A DNA stretch of 64,000 nucleotides from Botryllus schlosseri. Lineage: Eukaryota. The notes beneath the pieces were generated by a model that did not search any database, had not been told where the DNA came from, and was given only the letters and a program-made list of their open reading frames with translations. The DNA is taken from contig CM119372.1 in NCBI GenBank assembly GCA_051294905.1, positions 17,238,001 to 17,302,000 of the forward strand, read 5' to 3'. A program made the translations under genes and the position numbers. This document shows positions 1 through 43,649 of the stretch, piece after piece. Position 1 is the stretch's first letter. Each line of letters begins with the position of its first letter.

Positions 1-16
1 AAAAAAAAAAAAAAAG

Positions 17-255
17 GTCAACTTTTCGCTCAGAGCTAATATCACCGTTTTTCCCTTCGAAATACCCGCCGTAGCGTCACTTCTGTGCTAATTTACGACA
101 AAGCACTCGCACTTTGCTCTAAATCTGACCTAAATTTTCAAAAACGAGGACAAAATCTCAAAAAAGAGGACTAAAGGGCGTCCTCCGAGGACACTTTCAA
201 AAAAGTCAAAAAAGAGGACAAATCCTCTTAAAAGAGGACGTATGATAACCTTACC
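17..255. mobile_element. Right end of a non-autonomous DNA transposon/MITE (same family as 39793-40170 and 40484-43586)
   Basis: Ends ...gaggacaaatcctcttaaaagaggacgtatgataacctta, close to the reverse complement of the tagggtcaccatacgtcctattttaagaggatttgtcctc end at 39793. Confidence 0.7.
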
Positions 256-713
256 TGTATGAATGGGTGTACTTAGTTCATTTAAACACCAATTGATCTA
301 GGTGTAGAAGAATTACATACCTGAAAGTGGCGCCGGGATGATGTGGACTCCGCGGTATGGTTAAAATCTGGTAAATGCACATATTACCCTCCCATTAATT
401 AACACTGCATAATCCAGACCGACTAATAGCACTTCTAAAGATAAATACACCAAACTATTTTTATTGCGCCGTGATTTAGGAACCACAATGTCGGTTACAG
501 TTGGGATCGTCAAGACTTTAGCCACACAAAATTTCAAATTGCCGATAGCAAGCCATTACATCTAAGGTTTTTAAGTTTAAGTAGGCATGCTATATTCATA
601 TCATAATAAAGATACGTATCGGTAGATACGTTTTATACCGGCATGATGCCGATAGATTCCTTTTAGGTTATACTGAGTAAGAACAGTGACAGCTATTTCA
701 CATTTTTGACAAG

Positions 714-32450
<31,737 letters not shown>

Positions 32451-33112
32451 GTAAGTAAAACAGCTTCTCCAGATAATCTTGTACGATTTTGGTCACGCTT
32501 TCTGATCGGTTATATTTGAAGTCGCGTTTGGTACTTTTGTTGAAAGTTCGGGTAAGGCCCGGTAAGGATATAATAAATGCAGTATATGATCGATTAAATT
32601 ATGTTGAGATATTGTGAATGGAACTTTACCGCTGCTTAGTATTAGTCGCATGATGGTCCACGCTGAAATTGATATATGTCACGGCCGAGAAACCCGTTAC
32701 CGACAATGTACAATTGCACACAACCGAGAATGCTATTAGCGGGAATTGACATTAACGAGAACGGATATTACTGACAATCTACATTACACAATAAGGACAG
32801 TGCTTCCAGGAAAATGACCTTACCCCTAACATACATCATCGATGACCATAACCCCAGGCCCAGCCCTAAGGACCCTAACCGCCAACGCCAATGTAAATTA
32901 TCGGTTATGCCAATTCTTGGCAATGGTCATTAGTCATTATCGATAACAACATTCGCGGTCGTGTCGTTCACGGTATTCGCATTCTTTGTAATGTTGTTCT
33001 ATAGTTATAGACCGGTTACAGCTGAACTTTATCCTCTATTCACGAGAGTCTTATCAACATCAAGAATAAAGAAATATTTTGTGCAAGAGTACATATATAG
33101 ACTCTATATATA

Positions 33113-34094
33113 CAGGGGTCACCAACCTTTTTGCAACCAAGAGCTACTTCTTGGGTAGGCTTGAAGCGACGGGCTACCATTTACTCCCGCCGTTTACCCA
33201 TGTCAGATTGAATTTCTGATATGATATTCATAGCACTGGGCAGGAATCACATTGCGGTAAGACTTCTAAGAGAGTCTTTTAAATCAAAACAGCTCATTTC
33301 AACTAGCTAGCCACTAAGATTTTTTTAAGAAATTATGAATTACTTCGCACTATGTTGGCCTAAATTATACAACAACAGTCAACTCAAATTTTAAAAGAAA
33401 TCATGTCACACTTTAGACCGGACATCATGTTATCTGTTTCTATATCAGTCAGTGGGAAGCCTGGCATTGCATGCTATCAACTAGTGCGCTGTACTCTGGT
33501 ATGTCACTTGACAGTTGACACTGCAACTCGGAGTGAGTGTTCCATATGTGCATTAGTGAGGCGTGTTCTGTGTTTGTTTTTTATGAAGTTCATGTCCGAA
33601 AAGGCTGATTCACAACGATAAGCTGAACCAATCAAGCTTGCAACCTTCATAGCTGCTGAGCCACTGTGCTTTTCCGTGTCAAGAAGGCACCAAAAGTTAG
33701 CTGCAGCCTGGTGGGCCGTAGATAGCATTCCGTCATGTGGCTTGTATGCTTGCATAGGCACTAGGCAGCGCGCCGAATCCTCAGTCCTCGATATCTTGTA
33801 ATTCGATTACATGTTGGTATATTACTAATTGTAATTGCGAGGATATTTGATATCATCATTTCAAGTGTTTATATATATGTATTGTCATTTGTAAGTTAGA
33901 TGTTAGTGTGATTTAAACAAGAATAGCTAAATCAATGAATCTATCTATATATATATTTAAAAGCTCACTGGTAATAATCTGACGAATATTGGTAAATGCT
34001 GCTTTTCGATTTATTTTTAAAACAGGCTCGCGGGCTACTCATCTGGTCCTCGCGGGCTACCTGGGATCCGCGGGCAACGCGTTGGTGACCCCTG
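33113..34094 (-). mobile_element. Non-autonomous hAT element with GTF2IRD2/Charlie-type transposase C-terminal relic
   Basis: TIR caggggtcaccaac / gttggtgacccctg; relic GSAYRCESAFSDMNFIKNKHRTRLTNAHMEHSLRVAVS at 33504-33660; no clean TSD seen. Confidence 0.85.
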
Positions 34095-35363
34095 CATAGT
34101 CTATATACGAGACTGTAATTGCTTTATATTCATTACACCTTCTCAATAAAGTAACATAATGCACCTTAATATATAAATTGAGAATACTTGAGAGCCTTTA
34201 TTATAAACAGTAACGCGACGATAGTAGGCCTATATATCATTTCATTATAATCCAATTGGTGCTGTATATACTATTTTATCACATGATATCCAGATTGATA
34301 ATGATAAATTGGGTTGCATTTGAAACAAAAATCAGTTTAAAACAAACATGTTTAAAACATTGTGGCGTCACAGTGGATTGACATTGACAATTGAAAATAT
34401 AGGGTAAATATTACTCCTTCTACGAAAAAGGCTTTCGACGACTGTCATAGACAGATCAAAAATATCGTTAACCAGGACTACATCGTTAAGCAGCATTTTT
34501 ATGGTCGGCGGTCATCCACATCTGAACACCCATTCCGTACCAATGATATATATCTACTTGCTATAGTAACTGTCGAATCGACGGCGATTTCGAGGGTTAC
34601 AGCCTCTCCACATCGTATACGTCGATTATATTGGGTGCAAATCGTCTGTAGGCTCATACTACATAATCTTCGGAAGTATTTAATAGTTCTGCCATGATTA
34701 TAGGTTTAAAAACAACTATATTTTAAAAAGGCATTTGTTTAAAAGTGTTTTAAAACACCAATTGTTTTAAATACCAATAGTATAAGGCTGGCAAAAGGGA
34801 TTTTGCGTGTGATACGAGTCTGATTTCTTAATGGGACTATTTTCCAAACATTTACACTTTACAATATAGCTATAACTATGTCTACCGTTACGTTAATTTG
34901 CTATTTGTTCATCTTTAGCTGTATATTTCTAAATATTAGCGGTTTTTGAGATAACTTTCGTTGACTAATATATGATTCAATGAACTACTGATGCCCTGTA
35001 ACATTGTGACATACGACGATGGTGTTTCGGTTGATATCAAACAGACCATGTATAACATGAAATTTATGTTAGCTTTATTGAATTTTCTACATTAAAAATG
35101 CCATATATATATATATTTTCCGGACAATCGGAACCATCTAGAAAATGGAAATTAAAGTCAAGTGCCCAAAGCTGCAATACTGCGCTTGTACATAGTGAAT
35201 TCATCTCATCCTATGACAGATTTTTTACGATTCCTAGTACTGTTATTTGAATCCCGACATTTGTCATACCAGACTTGTCTGATCTAAAATTACATTTCTC
35301 CAATATTGAATAAATTTTGAAGTGCCCACCCGACCGCCCGTCTGACTGTTAATAACCCTAACG

Positions 35364-37133
35364 CAGTGCTTTTCAACCTTTTTGAGCTCCATTCGCACTT
35401 TGTTTTGTAAAATAGATTTCATTCGCACAAACTAATCGAAAATTGTTGTACGAAAAGAAGATGAAGATACTTAACAACATTTTGTTCAGATGTGCAACAA
35501 ATTGCCTACTATGTAGCTTAAGCTATCAATTGTCTCATTAAAAAGGCAACTTTTTCGCTCGTTTTGATTTCAACTATTTCACTAAAACCCTTCTCGGCCA
35601 AACAAGTTGTTGGGTTTTGTACAAGAACGTGTACTAGTGCTTGGATGGCCACTGGCCACTGGCCAGGTCTGAAAATCTGTTCTGCACTCCTATCCAAAAT
35701 GCAGCGAATTTTTCGCGGTTGAAACATGCTGGCTGGCGGAAATCGTTTTTGTAGCTCTCACAAAGATTCTAGAGGCTCCAGTTTATCGAAAGTGTGAAAA
35801 ACCCACCTATTTGTGTTTAGGCTTTTGCCTCATGTCTTGGAACATATGGTGAAAAACGATCAAGGAGAGTATGCATGCACATTCGAACGTGCTACCTTAT
35901 GATACGTTGCTCCAAATTCTGTCTCGGGAGTATAAGAGAAGAGCAAATAAAGTCACGATAATGTGTGTTCTGTTCTTTAGCTCAATCTAACGTGAGAATT
36001 CATAAGAGTTTAATAACGGTAAAGCAGCTTTTAGACTACCGCCAAAATCTGGATTTTTGTGGCATCTCGCGACCCGAGCCTCACCCATGAAAGGAATTCA
36101 TTTTTAAGACTACAGTTGTATGCTACGATTTCACGGAATGTGTATGACATACAGGACGTGCACACCACAATTCTACCCAACACAGCTTTACAAAACATGT
36201 CTGACGCACGCGATTTCAAATTAGGGAAAATTAAATTCCCCTGCGTGTCGCAGTCGTAGGCCTACTTCTTTCTACTCAGATTGCCAGAACGGGACTATTT
36301 CGTGCCGACGACGGAGCATATCCATATCGAAAGGTTTGGCCATCCGGCATCGATCCTTTTTAGACCAAGGTTTTGTCGCCGCTTATGTTTTTGGCGTCGC
36401 ATTGTATCGGCGGTTTGTTGGCCCAAACTTTACGTCTTCATGTGTACCGACGCCGAAGGGGTTGACCTCGAAATGAATGTGTTTCATAGGCCTGAACTAT
36501 ATCTTTGTACTATTAACAGATAACTTTGGCACCGCGTGTCGACCCAAAATTATACCCTTTGCGGTCCATTCTTTAATAACCCTAAAAGGGGTGAATATTT
36601 TCGTCACAGTAACTTGCAAATGTGAGTTTGTAATGTTGGTATTTACTACTATCCTCGTGACTCACGCTAATCGAACAGTTATTACGAAAATATGGGGATT
36701 GTTTAGCGAAAGAAAGCAGAAAGTCAATTTGACATTATTGTTCCAGCCTGTCGCAGGCTCAGACGGCTGATATATACTGTATTACTGTATGTCTGCCACG
36801 ACACCAGCTTCCAAACCAGACTTTTGGTTACGTAATAATTATAGTGAGAAAATATTAATTCACTACGGCTTGTGAGAAATACGACTAGTGGTGCGTCGTG
36901 AGTTAAACAAGTTTTTACAATTGCGTCGCCCCTACAAAAGTTACACTGACCTTAAATTTCCTAATACGTTCATTTGAATTATTCCACGTCTGCAAAAATT
37001 AACAATTATTCACGATTTTCATTCGCACTTAATCCGGATTTTCAGTCGCACTATTCGCACCACCTTCGTCATTCGCACTGCAATTTTTTTTCATTCGCAC
37101 AGGTGCGAACCGTCACACAGGTTGCAAGCACTG
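35364..37133. mobile_element. Non-autonomous hAT element
   Basis: Ends cagtgctttt caacc / ggttgcaagcactg; 8-bp TSD ccctaacg (35356-35363, 37134-37141); subterminal attcgcac repeats at both ends. Confidence 0.85.
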
Positions 37134-37460
37134 CCCTAACGTAGTGGTTCGAAACTTTTTGATGGTCTTGTGACCCTATATCAGGTGGACATTTAAGGCG
37201 GAATTTCGTCTCAGCGACGTCGTTAGTAATAAGACATTGAAAATCTAACATCCAAATCTAACACCCAATGAAAGTATGCAGCGTTCAAGAAGTATTTTGT
37301 CCCGTTCTCATGACAATTTCTCTCGTGAAAGGGACGCACACATTTCCCTAAACTACGTTCTATAAATTGAAAGAATTCATAGTTATAAAAGTAAGTAAAT
37401 TTGTCAGGAAAAAACCTGTCAAGTCGAAGGGGAAGTTAACTAAAAATATAACCATACCTA

Positions 37461-38907
37461 CCGTAATTTTCCATGTATAATACGCCCCCATGTATACTAC
37501 GCAGTATGCACCCGCAAAATGGCATGTAGATTCTGGGGAAAAGCCTGTAGCCATGTAGAGTACGCACCCTGCACTCGCATTACATGAATAGAACATGCGT
37601 AATCGCCGATTACAAGCTTCTGGTGTTGACGAACTTGCGGGTATGATAAGTTACCAGCGATGGTTATGTTTTAGTATTAGCGGAAATCATTTACGCACGT
37701 TGAAATCCGCTCGCGGCGATGCGATGTCATTCTGTTTTGCGACGATGATGATATAACGAGCGTAATCAACTGATCATGCGTGCGTGAAAGCATCTGAAGA
37801 GAGTCGCGAAGCAGCGGTCAACTAAAAAATCTTTTCCCGCTCATCGCGATTTACCTCCAATTCATAGTTATTGCTCTTTGTATAGTCCGAATTTCATATT
37901 TGAGAATTATCTCATCAACAGTCATAACCCTCCATGCCGTCAAACTATCCGTTGCGATTGCCAGCATTCTGGTTACATTTTGTGTAATGACGATAAGGGG
38001 GCGCGAAGTTTTTCACTGTCACAAAGGGGGCGTGTCTAAAAAAGTTTGGGAACCACTGCTCTAAGCGATTGTAGACAGGGGCCAAAGCGTGCGAGGCTCG
38101 ATACGCGACAGTTCAGGCCAGCGACGACATCTTAGGCACCAGGCCTATTGCAGATGCGATTGCTCAGGCCAACGCTTATATCGTGCGCACCGCGCCTGTT
38201 GTAGATGCGATTCTACATTTGTACAACTCTATTTGTACAGGCCTGTTGTTCACGCGAGAAATCAGGCCAGGGAGGATTGCGCGTGCAGCAATCAATGACC
38301 TAATTTCGCTCGGGTGTAAATGGCAAACCAACTCAGCAGGAGATCGCGTGCTGTTAGTGGCGGGATAGCGTAGTGGTATAATCCACTGCTGCAACACCTA
38401 TGGGTTGCGGGTTCGAGTCCGACCGAGGTCGACTCCATAATTCCTACCTAAGTGTTGGAGGTTTATCTAGGCTCCTCCTCGCCATCTGATCCGCGTAAGC
38501 GGTGTCTTGTGAAAGCCTATAAGTTGGCCGTGCTACAGGTGGGCACTGGGCAGCTACGGAATTAAAATGAAGCAGATTGGCCTGGTGTAAATGACCATAG
38601 TAGTCGACAAACACCATGAATACCACAAACAAACATACATCGCGTACTGTTGTGCGGAGCAGACGAATCTCGCTACACGCTTCTCGCTGATTGGTAGCGC
38701 CCAACATTGATAATACGAGTTACTGGGCAGGATGGCTGAATGTGATGCGCGATTGACAACTAACAACACAAAGGTTGTGATTTAAAGTTTTATATCGAGG
38801 GTGATTTTTTTTTCAAGAATTGTTGTACCAATGCATAATGCGCACCAGGGATTTCAGGACAAAAAATCGGTAACATTTTGCGCATTCTACATGGAAAATT
38901 ACGCGTA
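37461..38907. mobile_element. Tc1/mariner (Tigger-like) MITE, hosting a SINE
   Basis: Imperfect TIR ccgtaattttccatgtataa / ctacatggaaaattacgcg flanked by TA; internal segments resemble 50950-51430. Confidence 0.55.
38356..38638 (+). mobile_element. tRNA-derived SINE, full length
   Basis: Pol III A box tagcgtagtgg (38366-38376), B box ggttcgagtcc (38410-38420), 3' end ...gtcgacaaacaccatgaataccacaaacaaac; 13-bp TSD atcgcgt(g/a)ctgtt. Confidence 0.88.
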
Positions 38908-39792
38908 TTAGGAAAAAAATGTACCGGAGAACTTCAAAAAAAGAGAAGCATTTCGCTACTGATCAGACCATAACTCTGGTCAGGACGACACTTTGGGTTA
39001 AGAAATGCCGCTTTGTCGTTTCAGAAAACCAGCTGATAGTTGCTACCGCACATGACATTATCACAAACGACGATGGGAGCCGGCATATTGCAATCGCCGA
39101 CTCTGTCGTTACGATCAAGCGGGCTTGGAAAAAAGTACAAAGCCACGAATGTCCCGTATCAGAAGTATGATTATGTGACGTCATGATTTCAGTTGCCATC
39201 TTGAATTTATTTTAAATAGATTATCACGTATAGCAAACCTATAAAATGCATAACGCGATGGAGTTTGCAAGCGGTCCTCTCTGCCTTGCTCCCTTGTCGT
39301 CTCGTCTATACTCTAGATAAAACTGTATCTGCCTCTGCGTCGGTGTATTCACTATATTTCCGTCTTACGTGAATACTAAAATCAAGAACATGCATGATGA
39401 TCTGGTATATTTTGAGTCCAACTTCCGTGGTCAGTGATTCCAGTTTTGGTGATTTGTCGTTGAAACCTTTTGTAGCATTCTAATGATTGAGTGAGATCAG
39501 CAGCAGGCTTGTCCATGTTGATGCTCAAGTAGATTACAAACTGAGGTAATAGCTTCCATTTATATTCTGGTATAAACAGCGATTATCGTGACGTGATAAA
39601 GTTACTACACGAGGATTCAGGAAACGAAAAGTCAGACAAGTAGCTCACTCAAGTAAGTATTTTGAAGTAGACTGCGACCAGGCATCGCAGTCATAGCCTA
39701 CTGTTAGTTTATCGCTGAGGACGGAGATGCATCTATGAAATTAGCACACGATCAAAACAGGTGCAACGTCAAAGGTATGTTACCGTCATACA

Positions 39793-40170
39793 TAGGGTCA
39801 CCATACGTCCTATTTTAAGAGGATTTGTCCTCTTTTTTGAAAGTGTACTCGGAGGACGCCCAAATGTCCTACGCTTTGAGAATTTTGGTTAAATATAGGG
39901 CAAAATCCGACTTAGATACCGTCAATCAGCACTCAAGTAATGCTCTGGTGGCTATTTCGGAGCTGAGCCGAAAAGCTGACTTTTTTTAGTCAACTATAAC
40001 GGATAATGTGGAAGAAAAACTATTTCAGGAGCTGAGCCGGAAAGATGACCTTTTTTTAGGATTTTCCACTTTTTCAGGATTTTCCTAGTATTTCCGGTAT
40101 TGCTAGTCTCAAATTTTTGAAAAAATGTCCTCTTTTTAGATTTCCAAAATATGGTACCGGTAACCCTGTA
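39793..40170. mobile_element. MITE with tagggt termini
   Basis: Ends tagggtcacc / ggtaaccctgta; 8-bp TSD gtcataca (39785-39792, 40171-40178). Confidence 0.8.
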
Positions 40171-40212
40171 GTCATACAGAGTGTGTAATTTCACTCTTAA
40201 CCTGGGGAAACC

Positions 40213-40378
40213 TCCTCCTCGCCATCTCATCCGCGTAAGTGGTGTCTTACTGTCTTACAAAAAGCCTAGAAGTGGGCCGTTCTACAAGTCGGCAGATACG
40301 GAATCAAAATTAAGGAATACCGGCTTGGTGTAAATGACCATAGTAGTCGACAAACATCACGAATACCGCAAACAACAC
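40213..40378 (+). mobile_element. 5'-truncated copy of the tRNA-derived SINE
   Basis: Matches the 3' half of 38356-38638; 14-bp TSD aacctggggaaacc (40199-40212, 40379-40392). Confidence 0.85.
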
Positions 40379-42502
40379 AACCTGGGGAAACCCTTGCGCT
40401 AATTTGCAAGACTTCGGGAACCCGAAATTTTCGCTGAGTTTCAGAAACAAAAATCGACCACGTCACATCTAACGCTCAATACATAGGGTTACAACTGTGG
40501 ACTCCGGAAAGGAGGACACTTTTTACAAATCATAGAAGTCAGATTACTGGACTAGAAAACTGCTGATTTTAAAATTTGTAGGCTACTGGATATCTGGTTG
40601 TGTTGACTAAAAAAATGTCATCTTTCTGACTCGATTCCCCACTTTTTAACGATACTGCTGTGGTGAAAAAGGTCATTTTTCCGGTCCAGTCCATCAACAG
40701 AGCGTCAAAAAATTGATTACAGTGGTACTGCCTAAGCCAGGGGCAACCTTTTAGGCCAAAAGGCCACATCCAGTTTTTCGAACCATTGCGCGTACCACTT
40801 CACTGTTGATGAGCGTTTTCAGTCGTTCGATGTGAGCGAGCCGAATTAGGTAACGATGAACGCAAGCCATATCGTGCAACACCAGTCCTGGGCAAAGTGC
40901 GGCCCGCGAGAGGTTGCTTGAAATTCAAAACATATAATCTACTTTTCAATATTGATGAGTTGACTAAATCCACAGGCTGTATAAACTGAATCGGAAATTC
41001 GTTTACTTTCAAGCCTGTTCATTAAAATGCGCGATGACGCAGCCTATATATTGCCTACATACCTCAGAATCCAGATTCAAAACAAAGTAAATGTAGCAAA
41101 TTATGCCTTAACAATTATAGCCACAAGAAGTCCCCAAACCTTCTTTGTTGGCGTTGCCCCATTACGCGGTCTGACTGTGTTTCACATTGTTACGTGATAC
41201 ATTTCCAAATTTCATATTCGCAAAACAAGTCAATAAGTGCCTGTGATTTCTACGAGTCATCATTACCCATAAAGGATGAACGGGGAAGGGCATGTCAAAA
41301 AAGAAAACCGAAAGCTGAAATTCAAAGAGGTTTGCAGGACTAAATATTTGTACACTGGAGTCAGGGGTAAACTCGTCGTTTTGGTAGTTAGTGCCGAGCA
41401 GGTCGCCGTGTTTGTTTAAGGAGTATAATTAAATTCGGTTTTATGACAAAAACACGAAGACATACAATCGGTCAAGGGAGGGCGAATTTCAGAAGAACTG
41501 CACGCTTGGCTCAACAACAAAGCTATTTTGCCAAGCTGAAAACTACTTGGAAGGCAACGACAAAGACAATACGCTTTGCAGTATCCCAAAGGCATTTTAA
41601 TGTCTTGATAGAAAAACGTGGATAGGGTATTTAAGAGACTTCAAAATGTATCATGTTTAACATTTTTTTCGAAATATGACGGCAAATAAATATCATTTTT
41701 TGGTAATTAACCGCTAAATTTATGACTCGGCCTGCCAGCGTATTTTCTGCACCTCATTTGGCCCGCGAAGAAAAATAATTGCCCACCCCCGCACTACACG
41801 GTACACACCGAAATTGCTGACATATATGTTATAAAAAATCAGTGTGCATTATGATCTAGCCGCGCCAGGCGCGAAAATATTTCAAAGTAAACGGATGAAT
41901 TCGGTCAATATTATGGATACTTGCATACATTGCAGGTTTTATTTGTACCGCGGTGCTCAGATTGCAAGGACAGCAGTATTCGACGTCTGGACATATCAAT
42001 ATCGAATGTTTCGATCAACATGCGCTGACCATTTTTGGACACGGGTTTCACTGCCGACGTTTTATATATCTTGATGTGTTACGGCTCGGAGATTACTGAC
42101 GCAAACAATTTACTCATGGCTCAACGTTAGCCCATTCTTTGGTGCTGTACAGAAGAATCCAATCAAAACATGTGCAAAATAAAATTATGAACGAAGTACC
42201 AAGAATTCCAGTAACCCCGGATCTCAACATGTGTGAAAATACATACCCAGTGGTTACAGAGAACGCCGAAGAATGTTTACAATAACAATGGAGAAGGTAG
42301 GGCTGCCAGAGCAATTTGTTGGAAAGCCTTTTTTAACAAGGAATTCAGCATGTTTGATGGCTACAGTAATTTTTTGTAAACAAATGCAGCCTAAAAGTTG
42401 TTAAATGTGTATGCAACTAACAAAATGCGAAAGAAAGGGCATTTGGGCGCCCTCGGAGGACCATTCACTTTGAGAAAAGAGGACAAATCCTCCTAAAAGA
42501 GG

Positions 42503-43562
42503 CAGTGTTGGGATGACTCGAGTCATGACTTGACTCAGCGTATCAGAAATGTGTATTGACTCGTGACTCGGGAGCAAAATTCACGAGTCAATTTCAAGTC
42601 ATCAAGTAATCGGTGTCTATAAAAATCACTGTATCTTGCATATGTTCGGATTGTTCGCGAAGCGCTGGTGGAATCCGTGAAAGCATCCGATCATTCAATG
42701 ATCATGCGTTTTACTGAGCCTCCATTTGTTTGTTTTTGGAGTATTCATGGTGTTTGTCGACTACTATGGTCATTTACACCAGGCCGATATTCTTTTTATT
42801 TTCCGTAACTGCCGACTTATAGCACGGCCCACCTCCAGGCTTTTGTAAGACACCGCATACACGGATGAGTTGACGAGGAGGAGCCTAGGTAAACCTCCAA
42901 CACTTAGGTATCGGAATTCGGGAGTCGACCTCGGTCGGACTCGAACCCGCACCCATTGGTGTTGCAGCCGCGGATTATACCACTGCGCTATCTCTCACAA
43001 ATAAATTGCCACAAACGAAGAGATCGAAGCTTACAGCTTAGGTCGTCATAAACTAGTAGTAAAGTAATTTAATACCGAAATATCTATTTCTGATATCTGT
43101 TCTTAACTTAACCAATCCTCTTGTTTCATTGAAATTTATATAGAATATAGTTTATCTACTCTTCAGCCATTTGCGCCAAATCGAATTGTATCATATCAAT
43201 ATGTATAAGTGGGTAATGTATTGCATCTTATCAATTCGTTTCTCTATTCTCTATTTTGGCTGGCAGTTCTACGTATATGTGGGCGATACAGCGCGTTATT
43301 GCGTGTATATTTAACTCTGTATTCATTCATCGGTTCTGAATCAATGACCACTCAATCGGTAATTCAGACAGCTAGAAAAATGCAATGACGTAATCATGCT
43401 TCATACTTCGAAAACGAAACTTGATTCGAATTGCGACTTGACTTGACTCGAGTCACCTCCAAAAATCGAGTGACTTGACTAGAGTCACCTTCGAAAATCG
43501 AGTGACTTGACTTGACTCAAAATGTGCAATGACTCGAAGGTAGTGACTTGATCCCAACACTG
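42503..43562. mobile_element. hAT-type MITE nested in another MITE
   Basis: 12-bp TIR cagtgttgggat / atcccaacactg; 8-bp TSD aaaagagg (42495-42502, 43563-43570); subterminal gactcga/gacttga repeats. Confidence 0.92.
42725..42998 (-). mobile_element. tRNA-derived SINE nested in MITE 42503-43562
   Basis: Reverse complement of 38356-38638 including ggactcgaacc (B box) and ccactgcgcta (A box). Confidence 0.85.
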
Positions 43563-43649
43563 AAAAGAGGACATACGATACCCCTACTATAGTAAAATAA
43601 TAATACTCAAAATATTCTACCAAGTTTAATCAAGTTTCTGCATCTACAT

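Larger units (their letters stand above)
40484..43586. mobile_element. tagggt-terminus DNA element carrying nested insertions
   Basis: Starts tagggttacaac...gaggacac; its right end gaggacaaatcctcctaaaagaggacatacgataccccta is split by the 42503-43562 insertion; another hAT-like MITE lies at about 40738-41791. Confidence 0.65.

Noticed and set aside
1..16. Poly(A) run as a retrotransposon tail
   Set aside because: It corresponds to an internal A/T tract of the MITE family (compare 39960-39990).
38356..38430. Functional tRNA gene
   Set aside because: A/B boxes continue into a repeated SINE body with TSDs; no convincing cloverleaf.
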